A stretch of DNA of 64,000 nucleotides from Eledone cirrhosa (Eukaryota). Of this stretch, positions 43,101 through 57,965 are shown piece after piece. How positions within the stretch are numbered: position 1 is the stretch's first letter; every line of letters begins with the position of its first letter. The stretch lies in contig OZ024741.1 in the NCBI GenBank assembly GCA_964016885.1, forward strand, positions 304,606,001 through 304,670,000, read 5' to 3'. The position numbers and the translations under genes are program-made. The notes beneath the pieces were generated by a model. It did no database searches, was not told the DNA's origin, and saw only the letters and a program-made list of their open reading frames with translations.

Positions 43101-46100
43101 CCTGTATGCATATGTGTATATATATGTATATATATATATATATGTGCATGCTACTGTACGTCTGTATACATATATGTATGTACGTATACATGCATACTTA
43201 CATTTAAGTAAGTGCCATACTAAGAGTGAGAAATGAAATTTCGTTTTCATTTTGTTTCAATTTATCGTTTTCGGTATGCCTGACCGATTTAACTCACTCA
43301 ATATGCAAATTAGGCTGCTCAGCCGTTAATTTTCATAAGGAAAGTATATGCTTTCGAACGTTCAACTATCTGGCAGATGGGTAAACGGTGCTGATGATAG
43401 CTAACAAGCTTGAAACTAGTACATCGTTCCTGTGTCAGTGTTGAACAAAAAGGTGACGTGGTTGCCTTAACACCGTATGGCATAAATTCAGGCTGTTCAG
43501 TTTGTTTACAAACGAACAAAGCGACGTTAGCGCCGCTAAACTGATACGTGCATATATGTATGTGTACCTGTATGCATATGTGTATATATATGTATATATA
43601 TATATATATGTGCATGCTACTGTACGTCTGTATACATATATGTATGTACGTATACATGCATACTTACATTTAAGTAAGTGCCATACTAAGAGTGAGAAAT
43701 GAAATTTCGTTTTCATTTTGTTTCAATTTATCGTTTTCGGTATGCCTGACCGATTTAACTCACTCAATATGCAAATTAGGCTGCTCAGCCGTTAATTTTC
43801 ATAAGGAAAGTATATGCTTTCGAACGTTCAACTATCTGGCAGATGGGTAAACGGTGCTGATGATAGCTAACAAGCTTGAAACTAGTACATCGTTCCTGTG
43901 TCAGTGTTGAACAAAAAGGTGACGTGGTTGCCTTAACACCGTATGGCATAAATTCAGGCTGTTCAGTTTGTTTACAAACGAACAAAGCGACGTTAGCGCC
44001 GCTAAACTGATACGTGCATATATGTATGTGTACCTGTATGCATATGTGTATATATATGTATATATATATATATATGTGCATGCTACTGTACGTCTGTATA
44101 CATATATGTATGTACGTATACATGCATACTTACATTTAAGTAAGTGCCATACTAAGAGTGAGAAATGAAATTTCGTTTTCATTTTGTTTCAATTTATCGT
44201 TTTCGGTATGCCTGACCGATTTAACTCACTCAATATGCAAATTAGGCTGCTCAGCCGTTAATTTTCATAAGGAAAGTATATGCTTTCGAACGTTCAACTA
44301 TCTGGCAGATGGGTAAACGGTGCTGATGATAGCTAACAAGCTTGAAACTAGTACATCGTTCCTGTGTCAGTGTTGAACAAAAAGGTGACGTGGTTGCCTT
44401 AACACCGTATGGCATAAATTCAGGCTGTTCAGTTTGTTTACAAACGAACAAAGCGACGTTAGCGCCGCTAAACTGATACGTGCATATATGTATGTGTACC
44501 TGTATGCATATGTGTATATATATGTATATATATATATATATGTGCATGCTACTGTACGTCTGTATACATATATGTATGTACGTATACATGCATACTTACA
44601 TTTAAGTAAGTGCCATACTAAGAGTGAGAAATGAAATTTCGTTTTCATTTTGTTTCAATTTATCGTTTTCGGTATGCCTGACCGATTTAACTCACTCAAT
44701 ATGCAAATTAGGCTGCTCAGCCGTTAATTTTCATAAGGAAAGTATATGCTTTCGAACGTTCAACTATCTGGCAGATGGGTAAACGGTGCTGATGATAGCT
44801 AACAAGCTTGAAACTAGTACATCGTTCCTGTGTCAGTGTTGAACAAAAAGGTGACGTGGTTGCCTTAACACCGTATGGCATAAATTCAGGCTGTTCAGTT
44901 TGTTTACAAACGAACAAAGCGACGTTAGCGCCGCTAAACTGATACGTGCATATATGTATGTGTACCTGTATGCATATGTGTATATATATGTATATATATA
45001 TATATATGTGCATGCTACTGTACGTCTGTATACATATATGTATGTACGTATACATGCATACTTACATTTAAGTAAGTGCCATACTAAGAGTGAGAAATGA
45101 AATTTCGTTTTCATTTTGTTTCAATTTATCGTTTTCGGTATGCCTGACCGATTTAACTCACTCAATATGCAAATTAGGCTGCTCAGCCGTTAATTTTCAT
45201 AAGGAAAGTATATGCTTTCGAACGTTCAACTATCTGGCAGATGGGTAAACGGTGCTGATGATAGCTAACAAGCTTGAAACTAGTACATCGTTCCTGTGTC
45301 AGTGTTGAACAAAAAGGTGACGTGGTTGCCTTAACACCGTATGGCATAAATTCAGGCTGTTCAGTTTGTTTACAAACGAACAAAGCGACGTTAGCGCCGC
45401 TAAACTGATACGTGCATATATGTATGTGTACCTGTATGCATATGTGTATATATATGTATATATATATATATATGTGCATGCTACTGTACGTCTGTATACA
45501 TATATGTATGTACGTATACATGCATACTTACATTTAAGTAAGTGCCATACTAAGAGTGAGAAATGAAATTTTGTTTTCATTTTGTTTCAATTTATCGTTT
45601 TCGGTATGCCTGACCGATTTAACTCACTCAATATGCAAATTAGGCTGCTCAGCCGTTAATTTTCATAAGGAAAGTATATGCTTTCGAACGTTCAACTATC
45701 TGGCAGATGGGTAAACGGTGCTGATGATAGCTAACAAGCTTGAAACTAGTACATCGTTCCTGTGTCAGTGTTGAACAAAAAGGTGACGTGGTTGCCTTAA
45801 CACCGTATGGCATAAATTCAGGCTGTTCAGTTTGTTTACAAACGAACAAAGCGACGTTAGCGCCGCTAAACTGATACGTGCATATATGTATGTGTACCTG
45901 TATGCATATGTGTATATATATGTATATATATATATATATGTGCATGCTACTGTACGTCTGTATACATATATGTATGTACGTATACATGCATACTTACATT
46001 TAAGTAAGTGCCATACTAAGAGTGAGAAATGAAATTTCGTTTTCATTTTGTTTCAATTTATCGTTTTCGGTATGCCTGACCGATTTAACTCACTCAATAT

Positions 46101-49100
46101 GCAAATTAGGCTGCTCAGCCGTTAATTTTCATAAGGAAAGTATATGCTTTCGAACGTTCAACTATCTGGCAGATGGGTAAACGGTGCTGATGATAGCTAA
46201 CAAGCTTGAAACTAGTACATCGTTCCTGTGTCAGTGTTGAACAAAAAGGTGACGTGGTTGCCTTAACACCGTATGGCATAAATTCAGGCTGTTCAGTTTG
46301 TTTACAAACGAACAAAGCGACGTTAGCGCCGCTAAACTGATACGTGCATATATGTATGTGTACCTGTATGCATATGTGTATATATATGTATATATATATA
46401 TATATGTGCATGCTACTGTACGTCTGTATACATATATGTATGTACGTATACATGCATACTTACATTTAAGTAAGTGCCATACTAAGAGTGAGAAATGAAA
46501 TTTCGTTTTCATTTTGTTTCAATTTATCGTTTTCGGTATGCCTGACCGATTTAACTCACTCAATATGCAAATTAGGCTGCTCAGCCGTTAATTTTCATAA
46601 GGAAAGTATATGCTTTCGAACGTTCAACTATCTGGCAGATGGGTAAACGGTGCTGATGATAGCTAACAAGCTTGAAACTAGTACATCGTTCCTGTGTCAG
46701 TGTTGAACAAAAAGGTGACGTGGTTGCCTTAACACCGTATGGCATAAATTCAGGCTGTTCAGTTTGTTTACAAACGAACAAAGCGACGTTAGCGCCGCTA
46801 AACTGATACGTGCATATATGTATGTGTACCTGTATGCATATGTGTATATATATGTATATATATATATATATGTGCATGCTACTGTACGTCTGTATACATA
46901 TATGTATGTACGTATACATGCATACTTACATTTAAGTAAGTGCCATACTAAGAGTGAGAAATGAAATTTCGTTTTCATTTTGTTTCAATTTATCGTTTTC
47001 GGTATGCCTGACCGATTTAACTCACTCAATATGCAAATTAGGCTGCTCAGCCGTTAATTTTCATAAGGAAAGTATATGCTTTCGAACGTTCAACTATCTG
47101 GCAGATGGGTAAACGGTGCTGATGATAGCTAACAAGCTTGAAACTAGTACATCGTTCCTGTGTCAGTGTTGAACAAAAAGGTGACGTGGTTGCCTTAACA
47201 CCGTATGGCATAAATTCAGGCTGTTCAGTTTGTTTACAAACGAACAAAGCGACGTTAGCGCCGCTAAACTGATACGTGCATATATGTATGTGTACCTGTA
47301 TGCATATGTGTATATATATGTATATATATATATATATGTGCATGCTACTGTACGTCTGTATACATATATGTATGTACGTATACATGCATACTTACATTTA
47401 AGTAAGTGCCATACTAAGAGTGAGAAATGAAATTTCGTTTTCATTTTGTTTCAATTTATCGTTTTCGGTATGCCTGACCGATTTAACTCACTCAATATGC
47501 AAATTAGGCTGCTCAGCCGTTAATTTTCATAAGGAAAGTATATGCTTTCGAACGTTCAACTATCTGGCAGATGGGTAAACGGTGCTGATGATAGCTAACA
47601 AGCTTGAAACTAGTACATCGTTCCTGTGTCAGTGTTGAACAAAAAGGTGACGTGGTTGCCTTAACACCGTATGGCATAAATTCAGGCTGTTCAGTTTGTT
47701 TACAAACGAACAAAGCGACGTTAGCGCCGCTAAACTGATACGTGCATATATGTATGTGTACCTGTATGCATATGTGTATATATATGTATATATATATATA
47801 TATGTGCATGCTACTGTACGTCTGTATACATATATGTATGTACGTATACATGCATACTTACATTTAAGTAAGTGCCATACTAAGAGTGAGAAATGAAATT
47901 TCGTTTTCATTTTGTTTCAATTTATCGTTTTCGGTATGCCTGACCGATTTAACTCACTCAATATGCAAATTAGGCTGCTCAGCCGTTAATTTTCATAAGG
48001 AAAGTATATGCTTTCGAACGTTCAACTATCTGGCAGATGGGTAAACGGTGCTGATGATAGCTAACAAGCTTGAAACTAGTACATCGTTCCTGTGTCAGTG
48101 TTGAACAAAAAGGTGACGTGGTTGCCTTAACACCGTATGGCATAAATTCAGGCTGTTCAGTTTGTTTACAAACGAACAAAGCGACGTTAGCGCCGCTAAA
48201 CTGATACGTGCATATATGTATGTGTACCTGTATGCATATGTGTATATATATGTATATATATATATATATGTGCATGCTACTGTACGTCTGTATACATATA
48301 TGTATGTACGTATACATGCATACTTACATTTAAGTAAGTGCCATACTAAGAGTGAGAAATGAAATTTCGTTTTCATTTTGTTTCAATTTATCGTTTTCGG
48401 TATGCCTGACCGATTTAACTCACTCAATATGCAAATTAGGCTGCTCAGCCGTTAATTTTCATAAGGAAAGTATATGCTTTCGAACGTTCAACTATCTGGC
48501 AGATGGGTAAACGGTGCTGATGATAGCTAACAAGCTTGAAACTAGTACATCGTTCCTGTGTCAGTGTTGAACAAAAAGGTGACGTGGTTGCCTTAACACC
48601 GTATGGCATAAATTCAGGCTGTTCAGTTTGTTTACAAACGAACAAAGCGACGTTAGCGCCGCTAAACTGATACGTGCATATATGTATGTGTACCTGTATG
48701 CATATGTGTATATATATGTATATATATATATATATGTGCATGCTACTGTACGTCTGTATACATATATGTATGTACGTATACATGCATACTTACATTTAAG
48801 TAAGTGCCATACTAAGAGTGAGAAATGAAATTTCGTTTTCATTTTGTTTCAATTTATCGTTTTCGGTATGCCTGACCGATTTAACTCACTCAATATGCAA
48901 ATTAGGCTGCTCAGCCGTTAATTTTCATAAGGAAAGTATATGCTTTCGAACGTTCAACTATCTGGCAGATGGGTAAACGGTGCTGATGATAGCTAACAAG
49001 CTTGAAACTAGTACATCGTTCCTGTGTCAGTGTTGAACAAAAAGGTGACGTGGTTGCCTTAACACCGTATGGCATAAATTCAGGCTGTTCAGTTTGTTTA

Positions 49101-49361
49101 CAAACGAACAAAGCGACGTTAGCGCCGCTAAACTGATACGTGCATATATGTATGTGTACCTGTATGCATATGTGTATATATATGTATATATATATATATA
49201 TGTGCATGCTACTGTACGTCTGTATACATATATGTATGTACGTATACATGCATACTTACATTTATATATATATACATATATATATATATGTATATACATA
49301 TATATATATACATATATATATATACATATATATATATATGTATATACATATATATATATAC

Positions 49362-49393
<32 letters not shown>

Positions 49394-49607
49394 GTATATA
49401 CATATATATATATACATATATATATATATGTATATACATATATATATATACATATATATATATATGTATATACATATATATATATACATACATATATATA
49501 TATATATGTATATACATATATATATGTACATACATATATATATATATATGTATATACATATATATATATACATACATATATATATATATGTATATACATA
49601 TATATAT

Positions 49608-49646
<39 letters not shown>

Positions 49647-49723
49647 CATATATATATATACATACATATATATATATATATATGTATATACATATATATA
49701 TACATATATATATATGTATATAC

Positions 49724-49763
<40 letters not shown>

Positions 49764-49803
49764 GTATATACATATATATATACATATATATATATGTATA
49801 TAC

Positions 49804-49835
<32 letters not shown>

Positions 49836-49843
49836 GTATATAC

Positions 49844-49875
<32 letters not shown>

Positions 49876-49917
49876 GTATATACATATATATAAGTATATA
49901 TATATATATATGTATAT

Positions 49918-50524
49918 GGTGGCTGCCAACTCGTTTTCGAGTACGGCCACTACTTTATATCCATGTAGGAGAACCCCTACCGATGCGCTGAACGAGTGTG
50001 ACTTTTTAGTCCACCCAGCGACTTGAAAACTATGGTACAAACACTATACTTGTGACAATTATTGGCACATAGTGCTGGGCCCATGGTACCATGTGACGAC
50101 AAGTGCAAAGAGATCTCCAGATATAAAGCAATGCCTGTGCCGTGAAGCTTTTATAGTGAGCAAAGGCACTGCACAAAGCCAGTCCCACTCTCTTAACCAA
50201 GATGATATTTACCAAAAAGAAGAACAAGTCAACATCATTGGATACCATCAGGGTTGCAGGTGTTATATCAGAGTTTTCCTTCTCCTAGAATTCTGCCTTG
50301 ACAAAGGCTAAGGGGTCATCTCTCCCGGTGATTTTGGATGGCCATTGACTCTTAAGAGCTCCTTTGCCCTTTGACAGGTTTTGTTTTTAGTCCTGCAGGA
50401 TGTCCAAAGTCACCCACCTCACCAAGAAACCTTGGTGGGGTTGCCAGTTTAGTCGCCAACGACCCGACCATGAGACAGGTTGTACTGGGATACATGTTAC
50501 CAGTAGCACCAACTGGTGACCTGA
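49918..50524 (-). mobile_element. Element X copy 1: ~610-bp non-autonomous RTE-like retroelement in (TA)n
   Basis: Sharp ends inside (TA)n; 3' part is a decayed C2H2 finger; highly similar to 57108-57721. Confidence 0.65.
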
Positions 50525-50535
50525 CATATATATAC

Positions 50536-50599
<64 letters not shown>

Positions 50600-50919
50600 G
50601 TATATACATATATATATATATACATATATATATGTATATACATATATATATGTATATACATATATATATACATATATATATACATATATATATGTATATA
50701 CATATATATATATATATACATATGTATATACATATATATATATATATATACATATATATGTATATGTATATACATATATATGTATATGTATATACGTATA
50801 TATGTATATATATATATGTATATACATATATATACATATATATATATATATATGTATATGTATATACATATATATGTATATGTATATACGTATATATGTA
50901 TATATATATATGTATATAC

Positions 50920-50987
<68 letters not shown>

Positions 50988-51051
50988 GTATATACATATA
51001 TATACATATATATATATATACATATATATATATGTATATACATATATATAC

Positions 51052-51170
<119 letters not shown>

Positions 51171-51227
51171 TATATATATATATATACATCTATATATATA
51201 TATATATACATCTATATATATATATAT

Positions 51228-54200
51228 ATTTATCGTTTTCGGTATGCCTGACCGATTTAACTCACTCAATATGCAAATTAGGCTGCTCAGCCGTTAATTT
51301 TCATAAGGAAAGTATATACTTTCGAACGTTCAACTATCTGGCAGATGGGTAAACGGTGCTGATGATAGCTAACAAGCTTGAAACTAGTACATCGTTCCTG
51401 TGTCAGTGTTGAACAAAAAGGTGACGTGGTTGCCTTAACACCGTATGGCATAAATTCAGGCTGTTCAGTTTGTTTACAAACGAACAAAGCGACGTTATAA
51501 TAAGCGCCGCTAAACTGATACGTGCATATATGTATGTGTACCTGTATGCATATGTATGTATATATGTATATGTATATATATATGTGCATGCTACTGTACG
51601 TCTGTATACATATATGTATGTACGTATACATGCATACTTACATTTAAGTAAGTGCCATACTAAGAGTGAGAAATGAAATTTCGTTTTCATTTTGTTTCAA
51701 TTTATCGTTTTCGGTATGCCTGACCGATTTAACTCACTCAATATGCAAATTAGGCTGCTCAGCCGTTAATTTTCATAAGGAAAGTATATACTTTCGAACG
51801 TTCAACTATCTGGCAGATGGGTAAACGGTGCTGATGATAGCTAACAAGCTTGAAACTAGTACATCGTTCCTGTGTCAGTGTTGAACAAAAAGGTGACGTG
51901 GTTGCCTTAACACCGTATGGCATAAATTCAGGCTGTTCAGTTTGTTTACAAACGAACAAAGCGACGTTATAATAAGCGCCGCTAAACTGATACGTGCATA
52001 TATGTATGTGTACCTGTATGCATATGTATGTATATATGTATATGTATATATATATGTGCATGCTACTGTACGTCTGTATACATATATGTATGTACGTATA
52101 CATGCATACTTACATTTAAGTAAGTGCCATACTAAGAGTGAGAAATGAAATTTCGTTTTCATTTTGTTTCAATTTATCGTTTTCGGTATGCCTGACCGAT
52201 TTAACTCACTCAATATGCAAATTAGGCTGCTCAGCCGTTAATTTTCATAAGGAAAGTATATACTTTCGAACGTTCAACTATCTGGCAGATGGGTAAACGG
52301 TGCTGATGATAGCTAACAAGCTTGAAACTAGTACATCGTTCCTGTGTCAGTGTTGAACAAAAAGGTGACGTGGTTGCCTTAACACCGTATGGCATAAATT
52401 CAGGCTGTTCAGTTTGTTTACAAACGAACAAAGCGACGTTATAATAAGCGCCGCTAAACTGATACGTGCATATATGTATGTGTACCTGTATGCATATGTA
52501 TGTATATATGTATATGTATATATATATGTGCATGCTACTGTACGTCTGTATACATATATGTATGTACGTATACATGCATACTTACATTTAAGTAAGTGCC
52601 ATACTAAGAGTGAGAAATGAAATTTCGTTTTCATTTTGTTTCAATTTATCGTTTTCGGTATGCCTGACCGATTTAACTCACTCAATATGCAAATTAGGCT
52701 GCTCAGCCGTTAATTTTCATAAGGAAAGTATATACTTTCGAACGTTCAACTATCTGGCAGATGGGTAAACGGTGCTGATGATAGCTAACAAGCTTGAAAC
52801 TAGTACATCGTTCCTGTGTCAGTGTTGAACAAAAAGGTGACGTGGTTGCCTTAACACCGTATGGCATAAATTCAGGCTGTTCAGTTTGTTTACAAACGAA
52901 CAAAGCGACGTTATAATAAGCGCCGCTAAACTGATACGTGCATATATGTATGTGTACCTGTATGCATATGTATGTATATATGTATATGTATATATATATG
53001 TGCATGCTACTGTACGTCTGTATACATATATGTATGTACGTATACATGCATACTTACATTTAAGTAAGTGCCATACTAAGAGTGAGAAATGAAATTTCGT
53101 TTTCATTTTGTTTCAATTTATCGTTTTCGGTATGCCTGACCGATTTAACTCACTCAATATGCAAATTAGGCTGCTCAGCCGTTAATTTTCATAAGGAAAG
53201 TATATACTTTCGAACGTTCAACTATCTGGCAGATGGGTAAACGGTGCTGATGATAGCTAACAAGCTTGAAACTAGTACATCGTTCCTGTGTCAGTGTTGA
53301 ACAAAAAGGTGACGTGGTTGCCTTAACACCGTATGGCATAAATTCAGGCTGTTCAGTTTGTTTACAAACGAACAAAGCGACGTTATAATAAGCGCCGCTA
53401 AACTGATACGTGCATATATGTATGTGTACCTGTATGCATATGTATGTATATATGTATATGTATATATATATGTGCATGCTACTGTACGTCTGTATACATA
53501 TATGTATGTACGTATACATGCATACTTACATTTAAGTAAGTGCCATACTAAGAGTGAGAAATGAAATTTCGTTTTCATTTTGTTTCAATTTATCGTTTTC
53601 GGTATGCCTGACCGATTTAACTCACTCAATATGCAAATTAGGCTGCTCAGCCGTTAATTTTCATAAGGAAAGTATATACTTTCGAACGTTCAACTATCTG
53701 GCAGATGGGTAAACGGTGCTGATGATAGCTAACAAGCTTGAAACTAGTACATCGTTCCTGTGTCAGTGTTGAACAAAAAGGTGACGTGGTTGCCTTAACA
53801 CCGTATGGCATAAATTCAGGCTGTTCAGTTTGTTTACAAACGAACAAAGCGACGTTATAATAAGCGCCGCTAAACTGATACGTGCATATATGTATGTGTA
53901 CCTGTATGCATATGTATGTATATATGTATATGTATATATATATGTGCATGCTACTGTACGTCTGTATACATATATGTATGTACGTATACATGCATACTTA
54001 CATTTAAGTAAGTGCCATACTAAGAGTGAGAAATGAAATTTCGTTTTCATTTTGTTTCAATTTATCGTTTTCGGTATGCCTGACCGATTTAACTCACTCA
54101 ATATGCAAATTAGGCTGCTCAGCCGTTAATTTTCATAAGGAAAGTATATACTTTCGAACGTTCAACTATCTGGCAGATGGGTAAACGGTGCTGATGATAG

Positions 54201-56425
54201 CTAACAAGCTTGAAACTAGTACATCGTTCCTGTGTCAGTGTTGAACAAAAAGGTGACGTGGTTGCCTTAACACCGTATGGCATAAATTCAGGCTGTTCAG
54301 TTTGTTTACAAACGAACAAAGCGACGTTATAATAAGCGCCGCTAAACTGATACGTGCATATATGTATGTGTACCTGTATGCATATGTATGTATATATGTA
54401 TATGTATATATATATGTGCATGCTACTGTACGTCTGTATACATATATGTATGTACGTATACATGCATACTTAAATTTAAGTAAGTGCCATACTAAGAGTG
54501 AGAAATGAAATTTCGTTTTCATTTTGTTTCAATTTATCGTTTTCGGTATGCCTGACCGATTTAACTCACTCAATATGCAAATTAGGCTGCTCAGCCGTTA
54601 ATTTTCATAAGGAAAGTATATACTTTCGAACGTTCAACTATCTGGCAGATGGGTAAACGGTGCTGATGATAGCTAACAAGCTTGAAACTAGTACATCGTT
54701 CCTGTGTCAGTGTTGAACAAAAAGGTGACGTGGTTGCCTTAACACCGTATGGCATAAATTCAGGCTGTTCAGTTTGTTTACAAACGAACAAAGCGACGTT
54801 ATAATAAGCGCCGCTAAACTGATACGTGCATATATGTATGTGTACCTGTATGCATATGTATGTATATATGTATATGTATATATATATGTGCATGCTACTG
54901 TACGTCTGTATACATATATGTATGTACGTATACATGCATACTTACATTTAAGTAAGTGCCATACTAAGAGTGAGAAATGAAATTTCGTTTTCATTTTGTT
55001 TCAATTTATCGTTTTCGGTATGCCTGACCGATTTAACTCACTCAATATGCAAATTAGGCTGCTCAGCCGTTAATTTTCATAAGGAAAGTATATACTTTCG
55101 AACGTTCAACTATCTGGCAGATGGGTAAACGGTGCTGATGATAGCTAACAAGCTTGAAACTAGTACATCGTTCCTGTGTCAGTGTTGAACAAAAAGGTGA
55201 CGTGGTTGCCTTAACACCGTATGGCATAAATTCAGGCTGTTCAGTTTGTTTACAAACGAACAAAGCGACGTTATAATAAGCGCCGCTAAACTGATACGTG
55301 CATATATGTATGTGTACCTGTATGCATATGTATGTATATATGTATATGTATATATATATGTGCATGCTACTGTACGTCTGTATACATATATGTATGTACG
55401 TATACATGCATACTTACATTTAAGTAAGTGCCATACTAAGAGTGAGAAATGAAATTTCGTTTTCATTTTGTTTCAATTTATCGTTTTCGGTATGCCTGAC
55501 CGATTTAACTCACTCAATATGCAAATTAGGCTGCTCAGCCGTTAATTTTCATAAGGAAAGTATATACTTTCGAACGTTCAACTATCTGGCAGATGGGTAA
55601 ACGGTGCTGATGATAGCTAACAAGCTTGAAACTAGTACATCGTTCCTGTGTCAGTGTTGAACAAAAAGGTGACGTGGTTGCCTTAACACCGTATGGCATA
55701 AATTCAGGCTGTTCAGTTTGTTTACAAACGAACAAAGCGACGTTATAATAAGCGCCGCTAAACTGATACGTGCATATATGTATGTGTACCTGTATGCATA
55801 TGTATGTATATATGTATATGTATATATATATGTGCATGCTACTGTACGTCTGTATACATATATGTATGTACGTATACATGCATACTTACATTTAAGTAAG
55901 TGCCATACTAAGAGTGAGAAATGAAATTTCGTTTTCATTTTGTTTCAATTTATCGTTTTCGGTATGCCTGACCGATTTAACTCACTCAATATGCAAATTA
56001 GGCTGCTCAGCCGTTAATTTTCATAAGGAAAGTATATACTTTCGAACGTTCAACTATCTGGCAGATGGGTAAACGGTGCTGATGATAGCTAACAAGCTTG
56101 AAACTAGTACATCGTTCCTGTGTCAGTGTTGAACAAAAAGGTGACGTGGTTGCCTTAACACCGTATGGCATAAATTCAGGCTGTTCAGTTTGTTTACAAA
56201 CGAACAAAGCGACGTTATAATAAGCGCCGCTAAACTGATACGTGCATATATGTATGTGTACCTGTATGCATATGTATGTATATATGTATATGTATATATA
56301 TATGTGCATGCTACTGTACGTCTGTATACATATATGTATGTACGTATACATGCATACTTACATTTAAGTAAGTGCCATACTAAGAGTGAGAAATGAAATT
56401 TCGTTTTCATTTTGTTTCAATTTAT
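51228..56425 (+). repeat. Hammerhead satellite/retrozyme array block C (exactly 11 x 472 bp variant)
   Basis: ATTTAT cores run from 51228 to 56420 (5192 = 11 x 472). Diagnostic ATAATA insertion and a tatact substitution. Ribozyme sequence unchanged from block B. Confidence 0.95.
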
Positions 56426-56517
56426 ATATATATACATCTATATATATATATATATACATCTATATATATATATATATACATCTATATATATATACATATA
56501 CATCTATATATATATAC

Positions 56518-56548
<31 letters not shown>

Positions 56549-56625
56549 CATATACATCTATATATATATACATATATATATATATACATATACATCTATA
56601 TATATATACATATATATATATATAC

Positions 56626-56718
<93 letters not shown>

Positions 56719-56773
56719 TATATACATATATATATATACATATATATATACATATATATATATATATACATAT

Positions 56774-56826
<53 letters not shown>

Positions 56827-56849
56827 CATACATATATATATATACATAC

Positions 56850-56880
<31 letters not shown>

Positions 56881-56933
56881 CATACATATATATATATACA
56901 TACATATATATATATATATACATATATATATAC

Positions 56934-57030
<97 letters not shown>

Positions 57031-57107
57031 CATATATATATATGTATATACATATATATATATGTATATACATATATATATATGCATATATATATATACA
57101 TATATAT

Positions 57108-57720
57108 GGTGGCTGCCAACTCGTTTTCGAGTACGGCCACTACTTTATATCCATGTAGGAGAACCCCTACCAATGCGCTGAACGAGTGTGACTTTTTAGT
57201 CCAGCCAGCGACTTGAAAACTCTGGTACAAACACTACACCTGTGACAATTATTGACACATAGTGCTGGGCCCATGGTACCATGTGACGACAAGTGCAGAG
57301 AGATCAGAGATCTCCAGATATAAAGCAATGCCTGTGCCGTGAAGCTTTTATAGTGAGCAAAGGCACTGCACAAAGCCAGTCCCACTCTCTTAACCAAGAT
57401 AATATTTACCAAAAAGAAGAACAAGTCAACATCATTGGATACCATCAGGGTTGCAGGTGTTATATCAGAGTTTTCCTTCTCCTAGAATTCTGCCTTGACA
57501 AAGGCTAAGGGGTCATCTCTCCCAGTGATTTTGGATGGCCATTGACTCTAAAGAGCTCCTTTGCCCTTTGACAGGTTTTGTTTTTAGTCCTGCAGGATGT
57601 CCAAAGTCACCCTCCTCACCAAGAAACCTTGGTGGGGTTGCCAGTTTAGTCGCCAACGACCCGACCATGGGACAGGTTGTACTGGGATACATGTTACCAG
57701 TAGCACCAACTGGTGACCTG

Positions 57721-57721
<1 letters not shown>
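57108..57721 (-). mobile_element. Element X copy 2
   Basis: Same termini as copy 1; encodes [22 protein letters not shown] near its 3' end. Confidence 0.65.
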
Positions 57722-57751
<30 letters not shown>

Positions 57752-57965
57752 CATATATATATATACATATATATATATATACATATATATATATACATAT
57801 ATATATATACATATATATATATGTTTATGCATATATACATATATATATATGTATATACATATATATAAGTATATACATATATATGTATATACATATATAC
57901 ATATATATGTATATACATATATCTATGTATATACATATATCTATGTATATACATATATGTATATA

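Larger units (their letters stand above)
39955..49265 (+). repeat. Hammerhead satellite/retrozyme array block B (~20 x 466 bp)
   Basis: ATTTAT cores at 39998+466k up to 48852. Units are essentially identical (one C>T seen at 45572). 20 ribozyme copies. Confidence 0.95.

Noticed and set aside
50430-50524. HDV-like ribozyme at the 5' end of element X
   Set aside because: P2-, P4- and CUAA-like pieces are present, but I could not form a P1 helix or a normal L3 loop.
51228-56425. Helitron/Helentron or Crypton concatemer as the origin of the array
   Set aside because: Fixed ends and terminal hairpins fit loosely, but there is no CTRR end and no subterminal inverted repeats, and the intact ribozyme points to an RNA intermediate. 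Not formally excluded.
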